Positions 51,962 through 64,000 of a DNA stretch of 64,000 nt are shown piece after piece (the stretch's first letter is position 1; each line of letters starts with the position of its first letter). Source of the DNA: Callorhinchus milii (taxonomy: Eukaryota). The position numbers and the translations under genes were made by a program. The notes under the pieces were generated by a model. It saw only the letters and a program-made list of their open reading frames with translations. It searched no databases and was not told where the DNA came from. The stretch covers positions 78,370,001-78,434,000 of the forward strand of contig NW_024704742.1 in NCBI RefSeq assembly GCF_018977255.1, written 5' to 3'.

Positions 51962-54545
51962 AAACAACAACAACAGCAAATTACACCTGTAAAGTACCCT
52001 CCATGTTCCCCTTTCCCTTTCTCAACATTCCACCATTACATAGCATTCATGGAAAAAAATTTCCTCCCTCTCCCTCTCCACTGCCCAGGAGTCATCTGAA
52101 CTCCAACACCTCTGGCCCTCACTAACCGATCTCCCCTCCTCACTCTCCTTTCTCCACAATTCCCACTCCTCTATTATGGACTCCCTTGCCCCCCTCACCT
52201 CCTGAACTGCCTCATACTCCCGTTAATCTCCCGGTACACCAGCCATCTCCATTCCCTCAAGGCACAAATGTGAGCTGCCAATACGCCTGGACCAAATCCA
52301 AACTAATGGTCCATCGGCAGATTTGGCTTCACCACACCATGATCTACTGCTGTGCTCTTGCCTCTGCCAAATACTCCGTCTACTCCAAGGTTATCTTGGA
52401 GGCAAAGGACAACCTCCGGCTTCTCTTTTCCACCACAAACCGTCTCCTCCGTCCACCTTCCCAAACCTCACCCATCCTCTCTTCAAACTCCAACAGTGAG
52501 AAGATGCTGGACTTCCTCAAATCTAAAATCAAGGGGATACAGTCAGCCACCTCAGCCCTGTCCACAGCCACCCCCACATTACCTCTCCCTCATGACCCAC
52601 CCCCCACCTATCCCCCCCTATTCTCCTTCGATCCTATCTCTCTCTCCTCCCTCACCACGACTGTCCGCAAACTCAAACCCACCACCTGCTCCCTCGATCC
52701 CATCCCCATCTCTCTCCTCGTCTCCCAGCTCCACCTTCTGACCCCTCTCCTGTCCAAAGTCATCAACCTCTCCTTGTCCATCAGTTCAGTTCCCATCCCC
52801 CTAAAAACAGCCGTCATCATCCCCATCTTGAAAAAACCTTCCTTGGATCCATCCCTCCTCTCCAGCTACCGCTCCTTTATCTCTCGCCATTCCCTCTTTG
52901 AACCCCTCCAATCCGGCTTCTGTGCTGCCCACAGCACGGAAACAGCCCTGGTCAAAGTCACTAATCACATTCTGAACATCTGTGATCAGGGCTCCCTCTG
53001 CCTCCTTGTCCTCCTCGACCTCTCTGCCGCCTTCGACACTGTCGACCACTCCATCCTCATAAGCTGCCTCTCCGCTTTACTCAATCTTCACGGACCTGCC
53101 CTTGCCTGGTCGATTCCTATCTCTCTAACCGTCTCCACTTTGTTGCCTCTAACGGTTTCTCCTCCAGCCCCCGCACTGTTACATCTGGCGTCCCCCAGGG
53201 CTCTGTCCTTGGCCTTCTCCTCTTTAATATCTACATGCTCCCCCTTGGTGACATCATCCGCAGACATGGGGTCAACTTCCACATGTATGCAGATGACACC
53301 CAACTCTATCTTTCTGCCTCTACCCTCAACTCCAGGACCACTGCTGTCCTGACAGACTGTCTGTCGGACATCAAGTCCTGGATGAGGGCAAATTTCCTAC
53401 AGTTGAATGTGAACAAGACTGAGGCCCTCCTGATTGGCTCACGCCAGCGCCTCAGCACCTCAGCTCTGGCAGCATCAGCCTCTATGGTTGCACACTACAA
53501 CTCACCAAGACAGTCAGGAACCTAGGGGTCTTGTTCGACCCTCAACTGTCTTTTCTCCCCCACATTCAAGCCATGACCTGCTCTGCCTTCCCTCACCTCC
53601 GTAACAGCACCCGACTCCGCCACTGCCTCACCCCTCAGGCCGCTGAAACTCTTGTTTATGCCTTCATCACCTCCAGGCTCGACTATGCAAACTCCCTGCT
53701 TGTCAGCCTTCCCAACTCCTCCCTCCACAGGCTGCAGATAATCCAGAACTCTGCAGCCCGTGTCCTCTCCCGCACCAAACTCCGTGACCCCATCTCCCCC
53801 ACCCTCGCCCAACTCCATTGGCTCCCTATCCTTCAGCGGATCCAGTTCAAGATCCTGGTTTTCACATACAAAGCCCTCCATGGCCTCACCCCACCCTACC
53901 TCTGTGACCTCCTAACCCCCTACCAAGCCGCCCGTTCCCTCCACTTAGCCGGCTCCGGCCTGCTCCACGTCCCCCGACCCACCCGCTCCACCGTTGGTGG
54001 GAGAGCCTTCAGTCAGTCTGCCCCCAAGCTCTAGAATTCCATCCCCCAGTCACTCCGACTTGCCCCCTCCTTAGCCTCCTTTGATTCCCGCCTCAAGACC
54101 CTCCTCTTCAACCATGCCATCGGCCACCCCCTTCCCCTCCCCTCCCTTCCCCCCCCCCCCCCCCCAACCTCAGCTCAGAGCTGAAATGCTGTACTCTGTC
54201 CACCGCCTTGGGACGTCCTCCAGACGTGAAAGATGCTATACAAATGTAATCTTGTTGTTATTGTTGTTGCCCATGTTGGAAAGACGTCCCAGGGCGCTAG
54301 ACATTTAGGGGTTTTGGACATGAGCTGGGTGTTAGGGTCAGAAGGGGAGGAGGGCAGTGGTGTGGATGTAGGAGGTTCGGCTGAAGGAAAGTCTTCAAAT
54401 GGGACTTGAAGGAGGCAACAAACGGGGTGAGGCAGTGGGATTACGGGATAGAGTTCCAGAATGTGGGGGCAGAGATGCTGAATGCCAGACCACCAATAGT
54501 GGGGCGGGAAGTGCAGGGGACCTGAAGCAGGCTGTTGTCCGTTGT
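51962..54545 (-). mobile_element. Older L2 3' end (51962-52007 plus 54271-54545) split by the plus-strand L2
   Basis: The left piece is the (CAA)n tail plus ttacacctgtaaagtaccctccatgtt. The right piece continues ccatgttggaaagacgtcccagggcgct into reverse L2 3' UTR/ORF2. Confidence 0.75.
52008..54270 (+). mobile_element. L2 LINE, about 2.26 kb, 5'-truncated and frameshifted, flanked by a 7-bp TSD (CCATGTT)
   Basis: [58 protein letters not shown] and SRLDYANSLL, with a (TTG)n tail. CCATGTT occurs at 52001-52007 and 54271-54277. Confidence 0.95.
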
Positions 54546-54694
54546 CGAGGGTGGAGGCAGCGAGGAAAGGTCACTGTGGACTCTTGTCACACCTGTCTTG
54601 TGATACTATTTCCATAACATGGACAGGATTATTTCAACAGCACAAATCCCACCAAGCTGTAGGTTTATTATACTATTACCTGCCTCTTTCATCA

Positions 54695-55110
54695 TCAGTT
54701 TGGTTCATTTGTTGGCACTCTTGCCTCAGGCTCTGAAGGCTATCAGTTCACACACCCATTGGAAGCCTTGAACTCATAGTTTTTAGATCAACATTCCAGT
54801 CCAGTACTTGGAAAGTGCTTCATTGTCAGAAGTTGCACCTTTTGAATAAGATATTAAACTTTCGTCCCATATTCCTATTCAGGTGGATGTTAAAGATAAC
54901 CCTTAAAATGTTCAAAAGAGGAAGCAGTTTCTCACAGTGTCCTTGTCAAGAATATTTCAGATTAATTAACCATTCACTTTATGGCTGTTTGTGGGATCTT
55001 GGTGGCACAAATGGTTGTCACATTCACGTACCATGTACTTAATAGTAAGTACCTTCAACCATTTTGAGACACTGAAATTATAAAACACACTATTAATAAA
55101 TGCAAGTTAT
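54695..55110 (+). mobile_element. Deu-domain SINE, degraded
   Basis: ttggcactcttgcctc head, ttcaggtggatgttaaagat core and aaatgcaag tail. Confidence 0.7.
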
Positions 55111-56125
55111 TTTCTCTTTATTTGTTTCTTGCTTTATCTTAATTTAGTAGTTAACCATTTAAACATAATGAAAACGTTTAAATACCTCAAAAATCATATG
55201 CCATTTATTCTGCCTCAGTCACTTCAAGTAGAGAATTCATTCATGTGGGATAAGCACTATTCTATTGTTTGTTGGGTTCAGTGAACATGTTGATTGATGC
55301 TTATAAATAACCATGATTACATTTTTACACGTACAATTTACTTTCAAATTTATAGTATAACGTTATCTAAAATGCATTTATTATTTTAAGACGTCATCAG
55401 TTGAATGACTCAAATTCCATATTAAAGAATTCTAGGTCCCAAATACTGGGAGCTGGGTTTTTTTTATTGCTGGTTCAGTATCACTTAACTATTCTGGAAG
55501 AGGTGTTTCATCTTCTATAAGATTAAATTTCTATAAGACATGGGCAAAAGTAATAAAAACAGACGTAATAATTCTAATGATAAAAAGTATTTTTTGCTTT
55601 TAATAAAGCATCTATAACGTGGTAGAAAATTAATGGAAGCTAGAAATGCTCTGTTTCCATCAGAAGTCATGCTCGCTGTCTACATTTCCTTTATCCTGTG
55701 GATTGCATTACAAGAACATACAAGCTTGTCAATTTCCCACACAACAGCCCTGAACAGAACAAGATGTTTCAAAAAANTTACACTGATTATTGGGTCAATT
55801 AATCTTTATCAATGACCATGATAATGATCATTTCTAGTTTCACTACCAGTAAATTGGGAAAAATATAGAAAATCATTCGAAGTTATATGGAACTTGCATG
55901 CATAAAAGTCTCTTCCACATACAAAAGAGTATTAATACTATTATACCCCTTATATTTACGTCCATATCAAAGCATAGCCGAATGTGAAAATATAGAGAAA
56001 TAGACATGCCTTGAAAAATTGCCACCAACACATAGAGAATAAAATGAATGGTAGCCTTATGTCTATACTCTTAAAAACAGCAGTCCCAAATAATATATAT
56101 GTTATATATTATGTTATATATATAT

Positions 56126-56320
56126 AAGATAATCCCTCAGTTGTACCAGATGAACATGATAAATCACCAAAACGAAATGCTTCAGATTCACAGTTGATCT
56201 ATATATATTTATATAGATATATAATATATATATATAAATATATATAGATCAACTGTGAATCTGAAGCATTTCGTTTTGGTGATTTATCATGTTCATCTGG
56301 TACAACTGAGGGATTATCTT
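56126..56320. repeat. Perfect inverted repeat, 90-bp arms with a 15-nt AT spacer
   Basis: 56126-56215 is the exact reverse complement of 56231-56320 (checked base by base). Confidence 0.97.
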
Positions 56321-56913
56321 TTAGTTGGTGTACTTTTCCAACATAGCCAAAAATGTATGTTCAAGTGTTTCTGAAGTGTGAAGTCTGTGATTTGCGAAGG
56401 AGCTTGTAAATCAAGTCAAAGAAATGGTCATCATCTGCAGGGTGGGCAGTTGAGGTAGTTTATCTCTGTGGTCAGTTTCTCTTGCAACACAGACGAAAAT
56501 AGAAGAAAAGTTTCTACTCTGCAGGAGAGGGGCTGAATATTTTAACTTTATAACAACCCTGATGTTAGACCTGCCTCAATGGGATTTCGGCATTGAAAAT
56601 TCAAATGAATACAATAATTTTCCTTTATGACAGTCAGGCTGACAAGAATGTGCTGCTGGAAAAATAATGAAACACATTTTAAAGTATACTTGCAGAGGAA
56701 AATTAAGAAGCGTATACCCTGCTGTTATGAGATGCCAATTTTATTAAAAATTGACATTCCAGGATACACTTTATTTGCAGGTAATTAGAGAATTGTAACA
56801 TTGTATAATCCACACTGGTACATCACTGACTGTCAGTCTGTGCCAAGGTAACAAATGGGCTCAACCCCAGGTCCTTCCAGGTATCTGGAGGCTGAAGCTA
56901 ATGGATCTCTGGA

Positions 56914-58272
56914 TCAGTTCCTGCCCCCATCAAAACTGCTGTTATCACCCCCTCCTCAAAAAACCTTCTCTAGATCCGTCAAACCCCAGCCACTACCGCC
57001 CCATTTCTAACCTGCCCTTCCTCGCAAAAGTCCTAGAACGCGTTGTTGCCAATCAACTTCGTGCACACCTCTCCTCCCACTCCCTCCTCAAACCCCTCCA
57101 GTCCGGTTTCCGCCCTGCCCACAGTACAGACTGCACTTGTGAAAGTCACAAATGACATCCTCTCTATCTGTGACCAGGGCTGCCTTTGCCTTCTTGTCCT
57201 CCTGGGCCTCTTCGCCGCGATCGACACAGTCGATCACATCATCCTCCTCCACCGCCTTTCCTCTGTCATCCACCTCAGTGGGACCGCACTCGCCTGGTTC
57301 GAGTCCTATCTCACAAACCGCCAGCAGTACATCTGCACAAATGGTTTTCCTCCCGCTCTCACCCCGTCACCTGTGGGGTACCCCAAGGATCCATCCTTGG
57401 CCCTTCCTCTTTCTGATCTATGTGCTCCCTCTTGGGAATGTCATCCACAGACATGGGGTACATTTCCACATTTATGCGGATGACACCGAACTCTATTTTT
57501 CCACCTCACTTTGCGACCCCCCCAGTCCCCTGATGTTCTGTCAGCCTGACTGTCAGACCTAGGCGTCAGGTTCGACCCTCAATTATCCTTCCTCCCCCAC
57601 ACCCGGTCCCTCACCAGCACCGCCTTTTTCCACCTCCGATGCATCGTCCGCCTCGGCCAATACTTCTCTCCGAAAGCCACTGAAACCCTAGTCCATGCCT
57701 TTGTCACCTCTTGTCTGGACTACTCTAACGCTCTCCTCGCCGGCCTCCCATCCACTACCATCCATAAAATCCAGATAATTTAAAACTCTGCCGCCCGCAT
57801 TCTCACCCGCACCGAACTCTGCTCCCCGATAATCCCAGTCCTTGCCAGACTGCACTGGCTGCCTATCCCAGAGAGGATCGATTTCAAGTTCTTCATCCTT
57901 GAATTCAAATCCCTCCACTCCTCTGCACCCCCCTACCTCTCTGACCTCCTCTCTCCTCAAAACAGTACCCGTTGCCTTCGCTCCTCCAGGTCTGGCCTCC
58001 TCCTCGTCCCCCGAGTCCTCCGCTCCACCCTCAGCGTCTGTGCCTTCAGCCACAATGCCACGAGGCTCTGGAATTCCCTTCCTCACTCCCTTCGCCTCGC
58101 CCCCTCTCTTCCTATTTTCAGGTCCCTGCTGAAGACCTTTCTTTTCGACCGCGCCTTTGGTCACCTTCCTCCCCATCCCCCTTGCTCGGCCCCAGGATTC
58201 GTTGCTGTGGAGCGTTCTGGGACGCCGTCCGGCATGGAGGGCGCTATATAAATCCAAGTTGTTGTTGTTGTT
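56914..58272 (+). mobile_element. L2 LINE, 5'-truncated, internally deleted
   Basis: YRPISNLPFLAKVLERVV, LQSGFRPAHST, GVPQGSILGP and HIYADDTELY, with a (TTG)n tail. Confidence 0.92.
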
Positions 58273-59076
58273 GATCTGCTGGAATCTGCCAAATGCCTAT
58301 ACTGAAGTTGTGAACCTGTGCCTTACAAACATCAGACCTTAATGCTATGAATGTAACCTGTGAGATTTGGTGAGAACTGTCATTTGACCAGGTTTTATTT
58401 GAAGTCTTATTCATTTTGAATCCTTAACAGTCTTCATTCTACTCCTCAATGAGCACCAAATTATAGATATTTAAAGATTTCTATGAAACAATGGGCTGGC
58501 ATTATGTGTCAATTCTGGTATCTATCTTAAATCCAACACAGTCTGAAATGATAAAAGTCATTTTTCTCTTTTGGCTGTGAAGTTCTCAATGAATGGGTGT
58601 GGCCAGTTGCTGCCCATGGTTTTGCCGATATGAATCTGGATATAAAAAACTGTCAATAGTTCACCACACGTACTGAATTGAAAGTCTCGCTCACAGAGCT
58701 CACAAAGATTTTTGGTGGAGGAAATGAAATAATAATCAACCTTCTATTTTGGCGGCTGTGTTTTCAGCCACTACGCCCTGAAGCTTTGGAACTCTTTCCC
58801 CCAATCCCTCCACCTTGACCCCTGTTTCCCCTCTTCTAGATCACGAATAAAGACGTTCCTCTTCAACCGTGCTTCCTCCCTCCCTCCAGCTTGGTGTCAG
58901 GCTCCGCCATGTTAAGCACTCCAAGATGCTGCCCTGCATGAAGGGCGCTATATAAACGCAAGTTGTTCTTGTTATTTGATACAGAACCCGATCATGTCAT
59001 AACATCTCAAAGTGCTTCAATGAGTTTTCTGTAAAGTGTAGTGACTGTGTTTGTAGGTGAACACAATGGTCAATTT

Positions 59077-59399
59077 GGAGTCCTTTAGCTCAGTGGTTAG
59101 AGCACTCGCTTTGCAAGTGAGAGACCTGAGTTCAATTCCAGGCACAGGGCGAAACCTTGGGCAAGTTTCCTTACTCCACACGCCTAATAATAATCCCTCC
59201 AAAAAANCAAAACAGTAATAAATTGGTCATTTTCAATCTACGACTGTTTGTGGGACATTGCTGTGTGCAATTGGCTGCCGCGTTCGCCCACAAATATACA
59301 GGCAATTCACTTTACAGTGTGTTCTGTGAAGCGCTTCGCGACGTCCTCCTGACGTGAAAAGCGCTATATCAAATGCAAGGATTATTATTATTATTATTA
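59077..59399 (+). mobile_element. tRNA-Ala-derived SINE, young short variant, inserted into an older minus-strand SINE
   Basis: Near-identical to 3390-3728 and flanked by aattt(g) on both sides. The host SINE continues across it (58965-59076 and 59400-59500). Confidence 0.9.
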
Positions 59400-60087
59400 A
59401 TTTGCTAAAACAGTGTCTCGCAAACAGTCATGAAGTGAATGAACAATATTTTTTTCTCTTTCTGGGGATTTTTGGCCAGGACATCGGAAGAAACTCGCTT
59501 CTCTGAAATAGAAAGATTACGTTGATACAGTAGGGTGTGACTTTCTGAGATTGATATTTTAACCCATTGGAAAGGTAGAATATGGAAACCTTTATCCTGC
59601 TCTGTGGCCTGTATCATACCTGAGCGATCATTATGAACGAGACGTTCAATTCAGTAACTGCGACTAATTGTGGGAACAAATAAGAGCAGGGGATAATTGC
59701 TTGCGCTCACTCACTTTTGACTCTTACAGCCAACAAAGGGCAACAGGCCTCAGTCCGTGCAGTAATTTCCACAATTCTATAACTTAGTGGTGATGGCATT
59801 GCAAACAGTGAAAGAATGTTTTTCTATTTCCCTGGCAGAAAAGAGTCATTCTGTGAAGTATCATTCACTCTGTCTTGTGAAGTGTAGCCCACAGTAAAAA
59901 AAAATTGCTACACTTACTGAAGAGAAAAGAACAGGACAAAATAATCCCCTGACATCCCTCACCTAGATGAGCACAAGTTCAACCAAACAGGAAAATATCC
60001 AGTCACAGCACAGAATACTTACAGCAATAGATCTGATAGACCATACAACAAGGGTGAAACTAATACAAGCAAATCTACTAATAATAA

Positions 60088-60468
60088 AGGTTGTGGGTTC
60101 AAGCCCCATTTTGGTAATTGGAACTCATATCGTCTAAGTTGACACTCCAATACAGTGCTATGGGTGATGCTGCATTGTCAGAGGTGCTGTTCTTCAGATA
60201 AGGCATTAAATCAAGGTCCCATCGTCCTGTTCAGGTGGATGTTAAAGATCCAATGGCACTATTTGAAAAGAGAAGGGAGTTTCTACTGGTCTCCTGGCCA
60301 ACAATCCCCCAAATAAAACTGGTCATTCACTCGGTGGCTGCGCACAAATTGGCTGCCATGTTCACCCACAAAACTCAGTCATGTTACTTTACAGTATAAC
60401 CTGTGAAGCACTTTGAGATGTCCTCCCATGTGAAATTGCGACACTAAATGAAAGGATCATTATTATTG
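60088..60468 (+). mobile_element. Deu-domain SINE lacking the first part of the head
   Basis: aggttgtgggttcaagcc ... tgctgcattgtcagaggtgc ... caggtggatgttaaagatccaatggcactatttgaa ... cctggccaacaatc and tail. Confidence 0.85.
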
Positions 60469-61449
60469 AATGCAAGGACTACTATTATTAATATTAAGGA
60501 TTGTTGGCTAAGACACCGACAGAAAGTGTCTTCTCTTTTTGAATCATGTGATAAGGTCCTTAACTCCACCTGAACTGGGAGACAACTTCAGTTTAATGTC
60601 TCAACCAAAAGACGACACCTCTGACAATGCAGCAATCCCTGAATACTGCACTGGAATATCAACCCCCAAATTGAGCTCACGGTGACTTCTGATATGAATG
60701 ACAGTGCTATGATTTCTTCTGCACACTATCAAACTCCAGGGAACTAGATTGAGAACTCATGCAGGCATGAATTTAAAGATGAAGCAGGAATTTTTTAAAT
60801 TTAATGTATACGAGACTCTGAAAATTCAGTGAGTGAATCTCACGTGCAAGGTTCAGCTTTTCAAGATGCAGATTTCCTCAAATGAGTGTTGAATGCTGCA
60901 AACAGATCGAGTGCAAATGGGTCTCAAGAGAATCACAATTAAAGAGCAACACAAGCAACAATTACGGGAACATTTCAGAACCTTTATGATAACATGACCA
61001 TAAAACAGAAGGCTTTATCTGTGCTGTAGGAGTACAAAGTTAGTGCTTTTTGGGGCTTAATTTATGATGGATTCGCCACAAAGCAACACACATTGGCATC
61101 GCTGATCTTAAATAAACTGCTGCTCTTCTCATGCCCAGTTACAGATCCATTCCTAAGGAGCTTTCAATGGGCCACTTTTATCTCTTCTTATCTCTTAACA
61201 TGAATCTGCTGATTCAAATGAAGTCACTGCATTCAGCACTTTCATTATTAAGGATGATCCTTGTTTTGGAGAGTGAAGGATATGTAACATCTAATGGAAC
61301 ATTTCAAAGGGACAAGCAGTCAATGCTTTGGATGTTGTAAGTTGTATCAGCCCGTTCATCAGGTCATACTCGTGAGGAACGATCATTCTTTTGCTATGTT
61401 GTGACCTTAAATTTACACCTTCTCTTTTGAATGCACCAAGTGGCAAGAG

Positions 61450-62730
61450 AGGGACATGAAGCCGGCTGGAACCCACTGAGTAGAGGGAGCGAGCAGGTTG
61501 GTAGGGGGTTAGGAGGTCGTAGAGGTAGGAGGGAGCAAGACCACGGAGGGCTTTGAAATTGAGGGCAAGGATCTTGGATTATATCTTCCGTGTGATGGGA
61601 AACCAGTGGAATCAGGTGAGGATGGGGGTGATAGGGTCGCGGAGCCTCGTGAGGGAGAAGGCATGGACTCCAGAGTTCTGGATGATCTGCAGCCGGTGGA
61701 GGGAGGAGTTGGGGAGACCGACAAGAAGGGAGTTTACGTAGTTGAGCCTGGATGTTATGAATGCGCGTATGATGGTCTCGGCAGCCTGCGATATAAGACA
61801 GTGGCGGAGCCGGGCGATGTTGCGGAGTTGGGGAAGGCGGATCGGGTCATGGCACGGATGTGGGGTATGAAAAACAGTTGAGGGTCAAACAGGATGCCGA
61901 GGTTACGTATTGGCTCCGTGAGATATAAGTTGATCCATAGAGTGAAATGCTGTCAGCGCCCGAGGGCCAAGCAGGAGAGCCTCGATCGTGTTGACATTCA
62001 ACTGTAAGAAGTTAGCTCTCATCCAGGACTTGATGTCCGACAGGCAGTCTGTGAGGACAGCAGTGGGCCTGGAATCGAGGGTGGAAGCAGAGAGGTAGAA
62101 TTAGGTGTTGTCCGCAAACATGTGGAAGTTTGCTCCATGTCTGTGGATGATGTCACCAAGAAGGAGCATATAGATATTGAAAAGGAGAGGGCCAAGGACA
62201 GAGCCCTGAGGGACGCCACACGTGACTGTGCGGGGGCTGGAGGAGAATAAAGGCTGAGCTGAGAGGAGAGGCGGTGTAGGAGGATGGAATGGTCGACAGA
62301 GAGGAAGACAAGGAGGCAGAGAGAGCCCTGGTTGCAGATGTTCAGAATGTCGGTAGTGACTTTGACCAGGACTGTTTCCATGCTATGGGTAGCACAGAAG
62401 CTCAATTGGAGGGGTTCAGAGAGGGAATGATAGGAGAGAAAAGAGGAAATTGGTTGCGACGATTTCCTTCCAGGGCCTTGGAGAGGACTGTGAGGTTATA
62501 GATGGGGTGATAGCTGAAGTAGGGATGAGTCCAGGGAAGGTTTTTTGAGGATGCGGGTGGTGACAGCTGTTTTTAGAGGGATGGGAACAGCGTCAGTGGA
62601 TAAAGAGAGCTTGATGATATAGGTTAAAAGAGGGGCCAGGAGGTGGACCTGGGAGGTGAGTAGAGGGGTGGGGATAGGGTCGAGGGAGCAGTTGATGGGC
62701 TTCATTTTTGAGATGAGAGAACAAGAGGAT
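61450..62730 (-). mobile_element. L2 LINE ORF2 remnant
   Basis: Minus-strand [31 protein letters not shown] (gccaaggacagagccctgagggacgcc), HMFADNT and SRLNYVNSLL. Confidence 0.9.
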
Positions 62731-63049
62731 ATAGGTTTAGAATTGCAAAAGGCAATTTCAGGACAGTTGCTAGGAAGTTTTTCTTTACTCAGAGGATAAT
62801 TAATGATTGGAATAGTTTGCAAGGAAGGGTTATTGGCACCAGGACATTGGATTCATTTATTAAACAGCCTAATGCTGTGGAGCGAAGAGTAAGTATTCTG
62901 GAAGGATGAGATCAGGTGTGCTAAATGGCTTTCCTCATCCAAACCATTGGTAATCTTGTGGCAGATCTCAAAATGTACATCTTCAAGTGAGAAGCTTCTA
63001 TATAGTTAATTAACAACATCAAACAAACATTTTCAGCATTGAGCTGTAA

Positions 63050-63340
63050 GATCTGAAAACTGCCTTTGTGGGTTCACCCAGCTTGTAGTCCAGACTGACA
63101 CTCCAATGCAGTGCTAGGATAGGTTACGCTGTTAGAAATGACACCCTTTGGATACGATATTAAACCAAGATCCTTACTAGCATTATTTGAAAAGAGAAGT
63201 TAATTTCTCGTGGTTTCATGTTCAACAATTCCCCAGTGTTTGAATAACATTGTACAGTCACTACACATTGCACAAAAGCTCTGTGAAGCATTTCGAGAAA
63301 TTTCAACGTTGTAATACGCTGTATCAAATGTAAGAATTAT
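63050..63340 (+). mobile_element. Deu-domain SINE, degraded
   Basis: gtgggttca ... ctgacactccaatgcagtgct ... attaaaccaagatc ... tttgaaaagagaag and tail. Confidence 0.6.
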
Positions 63341-64000
63341 TAATCGAAAAGATTAATATTTTTGCTTTTTAAATATGACTCGGCTGCCAATAGCTGTCCA
63401 TTTAACTTGAATTTTATATGTATTTGCAGGAAATTCCTGGTTTGCACAGTTGAGTTTCACACGGCCCAGGGCTTTTAATCATTGGAACCATCAAAGAAGC
63501 TGTCAAGGAAGCCATTAGGTACCATTTAAGGTTATAATAAACATTCATACGCTCCAAAATTCAAACCTCCCATTTGTCCTACTTTTTCTCCCAAATGCTA
63601 TCACATTTGGCATATCAGTTTATTCTTTAACCAGCAATACACAAAGTTTCTAACTTCAGCTACACTTTGTCACTGTCATTCCGCCTGCATGTACCAGACA
63701 CCAGTTAATAAAATAGGACAAGTATTTAAACTTGCTGAATGTTGCAGCTTGATATGAATAGCGATGTCAACCTTTAAGCAATATACAATTTCATTTGTGC
63801 CATTGATACACTCTGCTAACTTTGTTGTAAAGATTGTCCCTGTGGACAAGTTAAAAAGGTCACGTATGAATCTAGATGTCATTAGTCTGCAATACATGAG
63901 GGCAGGATCATGACAACAACAACAACAAAATTACATTTAAAGAGCACTTTTCATGTCGGGAGGACTTCCCAAACTGTTGAACAATCAGGTATCAGGGCCC

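Noticed and set aside
52186..54034. 388-aa and 167-aa ORFs as host genes or a domesticated RT
   Set aside because: They are frameshifted pieces of one L2 ORF2 with an internal deletion, a 3' tail and a TSD.
59715..59799. Minus-strand ATG...AAAA|gtgagt phase-1 segment (MPSPLSYRIVEITARTEACCPLLAVRVK) as exon 1
   Set aside because: It has no hydrophobic signal-peptide core and no resemblance to alpha7-family leaders.

Overview
Repeat-rich, AT-rich eukaryotic DNA from a vertebrate. The SINE/LINE complement (SacSINE1-like Deu-domain SINEs, shark-type CR1 tails, L2) points to a cartilaginous fish, possibly a holocephalan (inference). The only host coding sequence I can support is one 140-nt minus-strand exon (7135-7274). 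It is exon 2 of an alpha7-subfamily nicotinic acetylcholine receptor, most like CHRNA8. Exon 3 was not found in 1-7134 and exon 1 could not be firmly located upstream. The rest is intron or upstream DNA filled with 5'-truncated CR1 and L2 LINEs, two SINE families sharing an L2-type 3' tail, and one decayed R4-clade (restriction-like endonuclease) retrotransposon fragment. Notable local structures are a ~450-bp inverted duplication that splits a SINE, a perfect 90-bp-arm palindrome, a near-identical 238-bp direct duplication, a diverged duplication interrupted by L2, and several nested insertions. Most ORFs in the supplied track are repeat-derived or chance frames. I found no convincing novel multi-gene system. 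Repeat boundaries are approximate and were read by eye.
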